From assembly GCA_964016885.1 (NCBI GenBank), contig OZ024759.1, positions 17,298,001 to 17,362,000 of the forward strand: DNA of 64,000 nt, given 5' to 3'. Both the position numbers and the translations under genes were made by a program. Shown one piece after another: positions 12,973 through 25,327 of the stretch (positions are counted from its first letter, which is position 1; each line of letters starts with the position of its first letter). The notes beneath the pieces were generated by a model that saw nothing but the letters and a program-made list of their open reading frames with translations, was not told the origin of the DNA and did no database searches. Source of the DNA: Eledone cirrhosa. Lineage: Eukaryota.

Positions 12973-13291
12973 CAGGGGTGTGCAACATATTCCATTGGCG
13001 GGCCACTTTTGAACATTGGAACAACTATTAGGGCCTTTAATATCTATTAAGCAATATTCCAAAGATTCACCACAACTTCTTTCCATAACATGGAACTGGG
13101 AAATTATAACACACATAACCCTATCAGTGAAGCCCTTTAGTATAGGTCAACTAACAGAAAATTGTATTACGGTTAAGAAAAAAATTCTGAATAAGCCTAC
13201 AAGGTAAAAATTAAAAACGGTCATCGTGGGCCCCTCTGACTGGTCTGGTCGGCCAGATTGTGGCCCGTGGACCTCCTGTTGCATGCCCCTG
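12973..13291. mobile_element. hAT-type MITE
   Basis: TIRs CAGGGGTGTGCAACA / TGTTGCATGCCCCTG; imperfect 8 bp TSD TTATAGAC / CTATAGAT. Confidence 0.75.
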
Positions 13292-13299
13292 CTATAGAT

Positions 13300-13760
13300 G
13301 AATCCATAAAAAAACTAGAAAATAAGTTCCAAATATGGAAATAGAATTTGGAATCTAAAAGTCTGAGAGTAAACTTAACCAAATCTAAAGTGCGAGTGAG
13401 TAGGAGAGAAGATAGGACCCTGATCCTTTCATGGAAGTGGCTCTCCTCAGTATGTAGAAAAGGAGTAGGCATAAACTACATACGATGTACACAATGTAAA
13501 TCTGGGTACATAAGAGATCTAGTGGGATAACATGCAGACTAACAGGAAGCGAAGACTTTGTATGTAGAAGATGAACAGCGCTAATTGATGGGAAGAGCGT
13601 CAGTGATATAAACCTCATCAAGTCACAGGAAGGGTCCATAGAAGTGGTTGATAGTTTTTGTTATCTAGGTGATTCAATTAGTAGTGGATGAGGATGTTCT
13701 GAGAGCATAACAGCTAGAATAAGGATAAGATGGATGAAATTCAGAGAACTACCCCACTGT
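13300..13760 (+). mobile_element. RTE-type LINE ORF fragment
   Basis: LESKSLRVNLTKSKV...SVCRKGVGINYIRCTQCK...EVVDSFCYLGD. Confidence 0.75.
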
Positions 13761-13884
13761 AAACGAAATAAAAAAACAATGTGTGTGTTTTATGCATTTG
13801 GTATTCCTACATTTTCAAATTTCAAATCCCCTAAAGCTCTGATAATTCACAAGATAAAAAAATAGACAAAATGAAATAACTAAC

Positions 13885-14072
13885 TTGTCATGTTAAACTT
13901 ATCAGTTTTGGCTTCAAGCAAGTCTTCGTTCTCAGTAGAGTTGTTGCTGCTAAAATCTATGTCTTCTATCACATCTGGTGTCTCTCTGAAGATCAAGAAA
14001 TCAGCTGAGGTGCCACCAAATCTCAGGTATGCAGGTGATAAACCTTTGGCAAGGGTAAGTAATTTCTTGGAG
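13885..14072 (-). CDS. HPSE: Heparanase exon 2
   Basis: [29 protein letters not shown], the heparanase [11 protein letters not shown] motif; AG/GT boundaries in phase with neighbours. Confidence 0.93.
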
Positions 14073-14581
14073 CTGTTAGGAGATTAAAGAAGAAAAATAG
14101 CCTTTTTAGGGTGTTCATATCAATGTAAGTATATGGGTATATATAGGTGTCTAAAAATGTGTGTATATATATATATAGCTATGTCTACATATATCTGTAC
14201 ATATACAGCTAAGTCTACATATATGACTACGTATGTTTACATATTTCATCATCATCGTTTACATTTTTTTTTTTAAATTAACAAAAATCAAAAGAAATAA
14301 AATAAAAAATTCTAATTTGTTTATTTACTTTTCTTAAAATTATTTTTAAAAAAATTTTTTTTAAATCAAACAAAAATAATTAAATAATTTAAAATTTAAT
14401 TAATAACTTTCTTACTTAATTACATTAAAAAAAATAATTAAAATAATTTTTTAAAAAATAATAATAATTTAATGCGGGCAACTACAAGATACATATGTTA
14501 TACATAAACATATCACATATCCCTTTATATACACCTCTATTATGACTCACGCTATGTTAGTGGCACTGCTAATATACTCAC

Positions 14582-14808
14582 CTGGTGTCAAAGTGGTCCC
14601 AATTACCCCGCAAAATACCCGAATCTAAAGTCACCGATAGAAATCGGTCATTAAGGGTATGTACGGCATATTCTAGCTTCAATTCTACAGGAAATTTTTT
14701 ATAAGGTTTGTAAAGCTCAGTGTAGTTGTCGGAGTGGGCCAAAGGCGTGAGCCAACAGACCAACACAAACCCCAGACGAAATATGTCTGGCACCAAAGAC
14801 GATCTCAT
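14582..14808 (-). CDS. HPSE: Heparanase (GH79) coding exon 1 with signal-peptide-like N-terminus
   Basis: ATG at 14808; MRSSLVPDIFRLGFVLVCWLTPLAHS...LNDRFLSVTLDS matches the heparanase 'FLSVTID' region; donor GTGAGT at 14581. Confidence 0.88.
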
Positions 14809-15337
14809 TCTCAAACTACCGTTTATTTTTGTTGTTGTTTTCGGAATATATGACGTGATATTATTTTGAAGAAGAGAAAAAAATGTTTAGGAAAAACTAA
14901 AAGTTAACATACAACAGATCAACTTATAAATAGCTTCTGTTTAGTATATTATTATTGTTGTATTCCTGCCTTCGGTGTATAAAGTGCAGGCAGATTTTGA
15001 TGTAAAATTTGATGGGAGTGAGGGATAAAGAAAAACGTGGGTCATATACACCGGACAAAACGTTAATTAACCAGAAATTAATTAATTGTATTGCCAACTG
15101 TAAAATATATAATGTTTGTGGTCTATGGTGTGGAGAAAGGAGCAGTCTGACCCGGTATATATCCGTGTGTCCGGTCTGTTAACTTCTTTCTCTCTCTCTC
15201 TCTCTCTCTTTCTTTGTTTATATATATATAGGAGAAAGTATGACCCCGATGGCAGAGCTCAAGCCGTTTCGACGGCTATTTCTGGACTAAAGTACTCTGG
15301 TGCGTTATGGTCCATCTGGTTCCTTACAACTCCTCCG

Positions 15338-15373
<36 letters not shown>

Positions 15374-15619
15374 GGCTGTGTCCGATAGATGACAACAGCA
15401 AAGAGTCAGTTTGAGTATATATATACCCCTGTGTATCCGATCCAATTAGTTTCAGTTTATATATCCGTGAGTATGACCAGTAAACAATGATAGTAAACAA
15501 CTATTATGACTGTTGTTAATACACGTCCCGAAAATATGAAAACGGAACTCGTCACATGTTTCACAACTTCCTTTTGCCTCCCCTTCTCTCAAACATTTTC
15601 CCCCTCACTGTCTATAAGT

Positions 15620-16005
15620 CTATGCTTCTTCAAATATCATTTTAGAAGAAGAATCAGAGTGGAGAGAGAGGCGTTGCACCCCAGCAAATTTTACGAAAGG
15701 TGGGTGAATGTGGCAAGGATGGCCCGAGTGGTTGGGCCTTCTCTCTATATAAACCTGTAGGTTGAGGAAAAAGAGGAAGGGAGCGCTCACTCTTCGTGCT
15801 CCTGGAGATGAGGGTTGTACATTTTTTCGGGGTGTGTACAATCCATGTGTAACACCTCCCCCCCTATTGGGGATTTCGATTGTTAAATTTAATATTATTG
15901 TTGTTAATTCTTTTTTCTTTACACGCCTGTATGTAAACTCCTCACTATATGTATGTATTTGAATTTGTCCCCATCTTTTTGCGCCCTTGTGACAAATAAA
16001 GAAAT
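15620..16005 (+). mobile_element. 3' end of an L1/Tx1-like LINE upstream of HPSE
   Basis: FFKYHFRRRIRVEREALHPSKFYERWVNV resembles the Tx1 ORF2 C-terminus, followed by UTR and AATAAA at ~15995. Confidence 0.55.
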
Positions 16006-19000
16006 ATATCTAATCTTCACACTCTTTATTAGTTTATCTAACTAGGATCGAATGTGATATGAATCTGGCTAGCATAGAGTTAGGCGCTTTACGGTCTGAG
16101 TTCAAATCCTGCCGAGATTAACTTTGCCTTTCATCCTTACGGGGTCGATAAAATAAAGTACCAGTAATACACTGGTATAATTGCTGGCCTTGTGCCAAAA
16201 GTAGAAATAATTATTTCTAACATCGATGTCAACCTGTTACATCATACAATGTAATTTTTTTTTCCAAGATAGTAGATGTAATGTGATGGGATTGTGGCTG
16301 TTATTTCCAACATCGATGTCAACCTATTATAGGACATCTGACAATAAAATACATATAGTGACCTCTGGTGGCTAACTTGTCACCTAAAGATGTAAACAGA
16401 AAAATGTTACCGTATTTGTTTCGTTATTATCCTGAGTTCAAATCCCGCCGAGGTTAACTTTGCCTTTCATCCTTACGCGGTAGATAAAATAAAGTACCAG
16501 TAATGCACTGGGTATTTGCTGGCCCTGTGCCAAAAGTAGAAACAGTTATTAGCCTGTCTATTTTATTTTCAGACTTAGTAAATATAGAACCGCATTATTG
16601 CATATGTTCTCTTTATTTCACAACTTAAGATTTAATTTGAGGAAAACTTGGCTGTTATTTTTTGCAATTTAAGCAGGTATATTGATGTTCGATACAAATC
16701 CATATACGTACTGACGGCGAGATTCTTATCTTCATTGGAGGCTCGCCTAACCGAGGTAACTGGTGATGCTCGTGATCTAACCCTGGCTCTCCTGCCTGTT
16801 GGTTTTGTTCGTAAAGTCTGTCCAGCGATTCTTTGCTGCGACATTCTAACCACATGCTCGCAATATTGGAGCAATGATCACCCAATTCGGAGGAGAGACT
16901 CTCTGATCTCCGAGTAACATATTCTATCGTGTAACCTTACGCCAAAATCCTTCGGAGAAATCCCATTTTGGCCGCTTGTCTTCGCCATCGTATTCTCTGT
17001 CATTAAACAAGATTCATGGGTAGTATTAAAATTCTGTTATAACAAGAAAAGTATTAACAGAAAACGATAAAAATGTCCAAAGCAATAACTGCTGTTGGTG
17101 TTTGCACGAGTAATCATTGTTTAAGAAATGTCTCCTCTCATAGGCAATATTTATTTATTTATATTTTATATGTATATGTTGTCAAGAGAATATTTGTATT
17201 TAAAGACAAACATATGTTCGACTTCAACTATTGACCTGTTTCAGAAATACATCATCCGATGTCTTTGTTTTTTGCTGTGACCTCTGATGCCTAACTTGAC
17301 CATTAAAGATGTAAACACAAATATTTCCACGAATTTGTTTCGTTATTATCTTGTCTTATTTATTTTCAGACTGAGTAAATATAGAACCACATTATCTAAT
17401 TTATTTCACAACATAAGACAAACATCTGTTCAACATCAGCTATTGACCTATTTCAGAAATACATCATCCAATGTGTTGTTATTAATGTGATGTGGATTTG
17501 GTGGTTATTTCTAACAACTGCAATAACTTGTTATAGGACAACTGACAATAAAATACATGTCGTGACCTCTGGTGGCTGAATTATCATGATGTAAAGATAG
17601 CAGTAAGAAAGATAACTCTTTGACCTAGGATTTCTTTATGCTATTTGGTTGTTGTTTCTAGCAGAAAAATTCAACTTGTTATAGGACAGTTGACAATAAA
17701 ATACATGTAGTGACCTCTGGTGCCTAACTTGACAACTAAAGATGTAAACAAAGATGTTTTGCCGTATTTGTTTCGTTATTACCTGTCTTATTTTTTCTGA
17801 CTTAGTAAATATAGAACCACATTATTTCCTATGTTCTCTTTATTTCAAGACTTAAGGTGTAATTTGAGGAAAGTTTGGCTGCTATTTCCTCAAATGCCAG
17901 TGACCTGTTGGATGCCTCATTCGCTGTTCGATAGAAATACATATACAATAGATAACTGATGGTTAGTCCCAGGTCAGCCCTGATAGAGGAGTTATTCGAT
18001 ATAAAACATTTCAGTGATAGCCAAGTCTCCTTATTTTCAGACATAGCTTACGTAGATCTACATCATCCAATGTGTCCCAGTTTTTCAAGATCATAGAGTA
18101 ATCATTTAGTAGAGATAGTAGCATGCAGAAGGACAACGTGTAACAAAATATATATAATGACCACTTGTGGCCAAATTGGCATCACATAGACACAGAAAAG
18201 AAAATAATAACCACACATAGTGTATATAGAATGAAATTATCCACTATGTCCGTTTATTTCAAGAAGATACCATGAAGTTTGAGGAATTTAAGTTACGAGG
18301 CAGATGTCTTCTTGTTTAGTCTCAGATCAACTCTGAAACATACGACTAAAAATATTTCATTGTTACCCAAGCCAACTTGGTTTCAAATAAAGTTTATATA
18401 GAGTGTTGGCCACCCGCAGACATCAGTCCTGAGAGTTGGAATGACTATTTCAATAGGTCCTCCTCGTTATCCCACGAGGTGATACATTCTCTATTCTATC
18501 GCTTGAAACAATGAGAAGGCTTGCACCTGTGGTTTTGTAAGTGGGAGAGCCCTCCCACACATTGTCCAGACATGTACCAGTGGTCTGGCGATGGTGGTGG
18601 TCTGTATATTATTCTAAGTTTTATTAAAACAATTCTGTTATGTTTACTGTCTGTTGTGAAACTTGTACAGTTAACGGCGACAAGAATAGCATTGATAGAC
18701 AAGTATGAATATGTCCAAAGTAATAACTACTGTCGGATCTATTAAACTCGAGGAACTGCCCCCCCCCCCCCCCCCCCCCCGTAGCAGATACAAAATATGC
18801 AGTGTGGAAATGCCTCAACAGACTAAGATCTGGTGTTAGATGTGTTAAATCTTATAAAAGGGGGATATTTAGAGGATGGGAACGTTCTGTGAGACTGTGG
18901 CATCGAACCACAAACTACGCAGCACCTTTTGATATACCCCCCGTTGGAAGACGTCTCCACAACATTGGACTGACTTCGCAGAGTTTAATGAGAAAAGCGA

Positions 19001-20499
19001 ACAATGTGTTCAGCTGTGGCAGAACCACATCTAGCCAAGCGTTTTAACTGACACTCTTGTGGGCACGATATTTGAGAAATGTCACCTCTCGCAGACGTTC
19101 TAAATTACATTTTATATGTATATGTTGTCAAGAAAATATTTTTATTTAAAGATGGCCCGCAAGTCAAACCTCAGCTATTGACCTATTTCAGAAATAAATC
19201 ATTCGACGTGTCTTTGTTATTCAAGATAATAGGATGTAATTTGAAGAGGGTTTGGTGGTTATCTCTAACAACTGTAACAACCTGTTATAGGACAACTGAC
19301 AATAAAATACATGTCATGACCTCTGGTGGCTGGATCATCATTATGAAAACATAACATCAAGAAAGATAACTCTTTGACCTAGGATCTTTTTATGCTATTT
19401 GGTTGTTGTTTCTAGCAGAAAAATTCAACTTGTTATAGGACAGTTGACAATGAAATACATGTAGTGACCTCTGGTGCCTAACTTGACAACTAAAGATGTA
19501 AACAAAGATGTTTTGCCGTATTTGTTTCGTTATTACCTGTCTTATTTTTCTGACTTAGTTAATATAGAACCACGTTATTTCCTATGTTCTCTTTATTTCA
19601 AGACTTAAGGTGTAATTTGAGGAAAGTTTGGCTGCTATTTCCTCAAATGCCAGTGACCTGTTGGATGCCTCATTCGCTGTTCGATAGAAATACATATACA
19701 ATAGATAACTGATGTTTAGTCCCAGGTCAGCCCTGATAGAGGAGTTATTCGATATAAAACATTTCAGTGATAGCCAAGTCTCCTTATTTTCAGACAAAGC
19801 TTACGTAGATCTACATCATCCAATGTGTCCCAGTTTTTCAAGATCATAGAGTAATCATTTAGTAGAGATAGTAGCATGCAGAAGGACAACGTGTAACAAA
19901 ATATATATAATGACCACTTGTGGCCAAATTGGCATCACATGAACACAGAAAAGAAAATAATAACCACACGTAGTGTATATAGAACGAAATTATCCACTAT
20001 GTCATTTTATTTCAAGAAGATACCATGAAGTTTGAGGAATTTAAGTTACGAGGCAGATGTCTTCTCCTTGATTAGTCTCAGATCAACTCTGAAACATACG
20101 ATAAAAATATTTCATTGGTTACCCAAGCCAACTTGGTTTCAAATAAAGTTTATATAGAGTGTTGGCCACCCGCAGACATCAGTCCTGAGAGTTGGAATGA
20201 CTATTTCAATAGGTCCTCCTCGTTATCCCACGAGGTGATACATTCTCTATTCTATCGCTTGAAACAATGAGAAGGCTTGCACCTGTGGTTTTGTAAGTGG
20301 GAGAGCCCTCCCACACATTGTCCAGACATGTACCAGTGGTCTGGCGATGGTGGTGGTCTGTATATTATTCTAAGTTTTATTAAAACAATTCTGTTATGTT
20401 TACTGTCTGTTGTGACACTTGTACAGTTAACGGCGACAAGAATAGCATTGATAGACAAGTATGAATATGTCCAAAGTAATAACTACTGTCGGATCTATT

Positions 20500-20843
20500 A
20501 ACCTCCCATCTGTAACAACAATTGAGCTAAAGGCGAGCGAGGAACTGCCCCCCGTAGCAGATACAAACTATGCAGTGTGGGGATGCCTCAACAGACTAAG
20601 ATATGGTATTAGATGTGTTAAATTTTGTAAAATGGGGATATTTAAAGGATGGGAACGTTCTGTGTGACTGTGGCATCCAACCACAGATTATGCAGCACCT
20701 TCTGATATACCCCCTGTTGGAAGACCCCATCCACAACATTGGACTGACTTCGCAGAGTTTAATGAGAAAAGCGAACAATGTGTTCAGCTGTGGCAGAACC
20801 ACATCTAGCCAAGCGTTTTAACTGACACTCTTGTGGACACGAC
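20500..20843 (+). mobile_element. 3' fragment of a non-LTR retrotransposon embedded in the full-length macrosatellite units (representative copy)
   Basis: Frameshifted WxCLNRLRSGV..LVKWGYLKDGNVLCDCGIEPQTTQHLLIxPLL resembles the Cys/His C-terminus of Ingi/Vingi- or RTEX-type LINE ORFs; clade assignment uncertain. Confidence 0.7.
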
Positions 20844-23800
20844 ATTTGAGAAATGTCACCTCTCGCAGACGTTCTAAATTACATTTTATATGTATATGTT
20901 GTCAAGAAAATATTTTTATTTAAAGATGGCCCGCAAGTCAAACCTCAGCTATTGACCTATTTCAGAAATAAATCATTCGATGTGTCTTTGTTATTCAAGA
21001 TAATAGGATGTAATCTGATGTGGATTTGGTGGTTATTTCTAACAACTGTAACAACCTGTTATAGGAAAACTGACAATAAATACATGTCATGACCTCTGGT
21101 GGCTGGATCATCATTATGAAAACATAACATCAAGAAAGATAACTCTTTGACCTAGGATTTCTTTATGCTATTTGGTTGTTATTTCTAGCAGAAAAATTCA
21201 ACTTGTTATAGGACAGTTGACAATAAAATACATGTAGTGACCTCTGGTGGCTAACTTGACAACTAAAGATGTAAACAAAGATGTTTTGCCGTATTTGTTT
21301 CGTTATTATCCTGTCTTATTTTTTCTGACTTAGTAAATATAAGACCACATTATTTCCTATGTTCTCTTTATTTCAAGACTTAAGGTGTAATTTGAGGAAA
21401 GTTTGGCTGCTATTTCCTCAAATTCCAGTGACCTGTTCGATGCCTCATTCGCTGTTCGATAGAAATACATATACAATAGATAACTGATGTTTAGTCCCAG
21501 GTCAGCCCTGATAGAGGAGATATTCGATATAAAACATTTCAGTGATAGCCAAGTCTCCTTAGTTTCAGACATAGCTTACGTAGATCTAGATCATCCAATG
21601 TGTCCTAGTTTTGCAAGATCATAGAGTAATTATTTAATAGAGATAGCAACATGCAGAAGGACAACGGCTAACAAAATATATATAATGACCACTTGTGGCC
21701 AAATTGGCATCACCTGAACACAGAAAAGAAAATAATAACCACACATAGTGTATATAGAACGAAATTATCCACTATGTCCTTTTATTTCAAGAAGATACCA
21801 TGAAGTTTGAGGAATTTAAGTTACGAGGCAGATGTCTTCTCCTTGTTTAGTCTCAGATCAACTCTGAAACATACGACTAAAAACATTTCATTGTTACCCA
21901 AGCCAACTTGGTTTCAAATAAATTTTATACAGAGTGTTGGCCACCCGCAGACATCAGTCCTGAGAGTTGGAATGACTATTTCAACAGGTCCTACTCGTTA
22001 TCCCACGAGGTGATACATTCTCCTTCCTATTGCTTGAAACAATGAGAAGGCTTGCACCTGTGGTTCTGTAACTGGGAGAGACCTCCCACACATTGTCCAG
22101 ACATGTACCAGTGGTCTGGCGATGGTGGTGGTCTGTATATTATTATAGGTTTTATTAAAACAATTCTGTTATGTTTACTGTCTGTTGTGACACTTGTACA
22201 GTTAACCGCGACAAGAAAAGCATTGATAGACAAGTATGAATATGTCCAAAGTAATAACTACTGTCGGATCTATTAACCTCCCATCTGTAACAACAATGGA
22301 GCTAAAGGCGAGCGAGGAACTGCACCCCGTAGCAAATACAAACTGTGCAGTGTGGAAATGCCTCAACAGACTAAGATCTGGTGTTAGACGTGTTAAATCT
22401 TGTAAAAGTGGGATATTTAAAGGATGGGAACGTTCTGTGTGACTGGGCATCGAACCACAGACTACGCAGCACCTTTTGATATACCCCTGTTGGAACACCC
22501 CTCCACAACATTGGACTGACTTCGCAGAGTTTAATGAGAAAAGCGAACAATGTGTTCAGCTGTGGCAGAACCACATCTAGCCAGGCGTTTTAACTGACAC
22601 TCTTGTGGACACGACATTTGAGAAATGTCACCTCTCGCAGACGTTCTAAATTAAATTTTATATGTATATGTTGTCAAGAAAATATTTTTATTTAAAGATG
22701 GCCCGCAAGACAAACATCTGTTCGACCTCAGCTATTGACCTATTTCAGAAATAAATCATTCGACGTGTCTTTGTTATTCAAGATAATAGGATGTAACTTG
22801 ATGTGGATTTGGTGGTTATCTCTAACAACTGTAACAACCTGTTATAGGACAACTGACAATAAAATACATGTCATGACCTCTGGTGGCTGGATCATCATTA
22901 TGAAAACATAACATCAAGAAAGATAACTCTTTGACCTAGGATCTTTTTATGCTACTTCGTTGTTGTCTCTAGCAGAAAAATTCAACTTGTTATAGGACAG
23001 TTGACGATAAAATACATGTAGTGACCTCTGGTGCCTAACTTGACAACTAAAGATGTAAACAAAGATGTGTTGCCGTACTTGTTTCGTTATTACCTGTCTT
23101 ATTTTTTCTGACTTAGTTAATATAGAACCACATTATTTCCTATGTTCTCTTTATTTCAAGACTTAAGGAGTAATTTGAGGAAAGTTTGGCTGCTATTTCC
23201 TCAAATTCCAGTGACCTGTTGGATGCCTCATTCGCTGTTCGCTAGAAATACATATACAATAGATAACTGATGTTTAGTCCCAGGTCAGCCCTGATAGAGG
23301 AGATATTCGATATAAAACATTTCAGTGATAGCCAAGTCTCCTTATTTTCAGACAAAGCTTACGTAGATCTACATCATCCAATGTGTCCCAGTTTTTCAAG
23401 ATAATAGAGTAATATTTTAGTAGAGATAGCAACATGCAGAAGGTCAACGGCTAACAAAATATATATAATGACCACTTGTGGCCAAATTGGCATCACCTGA
23501 ACACAGAAAAGAAAATAATAACCACACATAGTGTATATAAAACGAAATTATCCACTATGTCCTTTTATTTCAAGAAGATACCATGAAGTTTGAGGAATTT
23601 AAGTTACGAGGCAGATGTCTTCTCCTTGTTTAGTCTCAGATCAACTCTGAAACATACGATAAAAATATTTCATTGTTACCCAAGCCAACTTGGTTTCAAA
23701 TAAAGTTTATATAGAGTGTTGGCCACCCGCAGACATCACTTCTGAGAGTTGGAATGACTATTTCAACAGGTCCTCCTCGTTACCCCACGAGGTGATACAT

Positions 23801-25265
23801 TCTCCATTCTATCGCTTGAAACAATGAGAAGGCTTGCATCTGTAGTTCTGTAACTGGGAGAGCCCTCTCACACATTGTCCAGACACGTACCATTGGTCTG
23901 GCGATGGTGGTGGTCTGTATATTATTCTAAGTTTTATTAAAACAATTCTGTTATGTTTACTGTCTGTTGTGACACTTGTACAGTTAACAGCGACAAGAAA
24001 AGCATTGATAGACAAGTATGAATATGTCCAAAGTAATAACTACTGTCGGATCTATTAACCTCCCATCTGTAACAACAATTGAGCTAAAGGCGAGCGAGGA
24101 ACTGCCCCCCCCCCCCCCCCCCGTAGCAGATACAAACTGTGCAGCGTGGAAATGCCTCAACAGACTAAGATCTGGTGTTAGATGTGCTAAATCTTATAAA
24201 AGTGGGATATTTAAAGGATGGGGACGTTCAGTGAGACTGTGGCATCGAACCACAGACTACGCAGCACCTTTTGATATACCCCCTGTTGGAAGACCTCTCC
24301 ACAACATTGGACTGACTTGGCAGAGTTTAATGACAAAAGCGAACAATGTGTTCAGCTGTGGCAGAACCACATCTAGCCAAGCGTTTTAACTGACACTCTT
24401 GTGGATACAATATTTGAGAAATGTCACCTCTCGCAGACGTTCTAAATTAGATTTTATATGTATATGTTGTCAAGAAAATATATTTTTATTTAAAGATGGC
24501 CCGCAAGTCAAACATCTGTTCGAATTCAGCTATTGACCTATTTCAGAAATAAATCATTCGATGTGTCTTTGTTATTCAAGATAATAGGATGTAATCTGAT
24601 GTGGATTTGGTGGTTATTTCTAACAACTGTAACAACCTGTTATAGGACAACTGACAATAAATACATGTCATGACCTCTGGTGGCTGAATTATCATTATGA
24701 AAACATAACATCAAGAAAGATAACTCTTTGACCTAGGATCTTTTAATGCTATTTGGTTGTTGTTTCTAGCAGAAAAATTCAACTTGTTATAAAACAGTTG
24801 ACAATAAAATACATGTAGTGACCTCTGGTGCCTAACTTGACAACTAAAGATGTAAACAAAGATGTTTTGCCGTATTTGTTTCGTTATTACCTGTCTTATT
24901 TTTTCTGACTTAGTTAATATAGAACCACATTATTTCCTATGTTCTCTTTATTTCAAGACTTAAGGAGTAATTTGAGGAAAGTTTGGCTGCTATTTCCTCA
25001 AATTCCAGTGACCTGTTCGATGCCTCATTCGCTGTTCGATAGAAATACATATACAATAGATAACTGATGTTTAGTCCCAGGTCAGCCCTGATAGAGGAGA
25101 TATTCGATATAAAACATTTCAGTGATAGCCAAGACTCCTTATTTTCAGTCAAAGCTTACGTAGATCTACATCATCCAATGTGTCCCAGTTTTTCAAGATA
25201 ATAGAGTAATATTTTAGTAGAGATAGCAACATGCAGAAGGACAACGGCTAACAAAATATATATAA

Positions 25266-25327
25266 CAAGGGCGGTGCCCCAGCATGGCCTCAGCCGGATG
25301 GCTGAAACAGGTAAAAGAGTAAAAGAG
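25266..25327 (+). mobile_element. 5'-truncated SINE 3' end inserted into one unit, TATAA target-site duplication
   Basis: GGGCGGTGCCCCAGCATGGCC...GGCTGAAACAGGTAAAAGAGTAAAAGAG is absent from all other units; flanked by TATAA at 25261-25265 and 25328-25332. Confidence 0.8.

Noticed and set aside
16075-16125. tRNA-like A/B-box sequences (also ~760-820, 7285-7325)
   Set aside because: Heads of tRNA-derived SINEs; no complete cloverleaf
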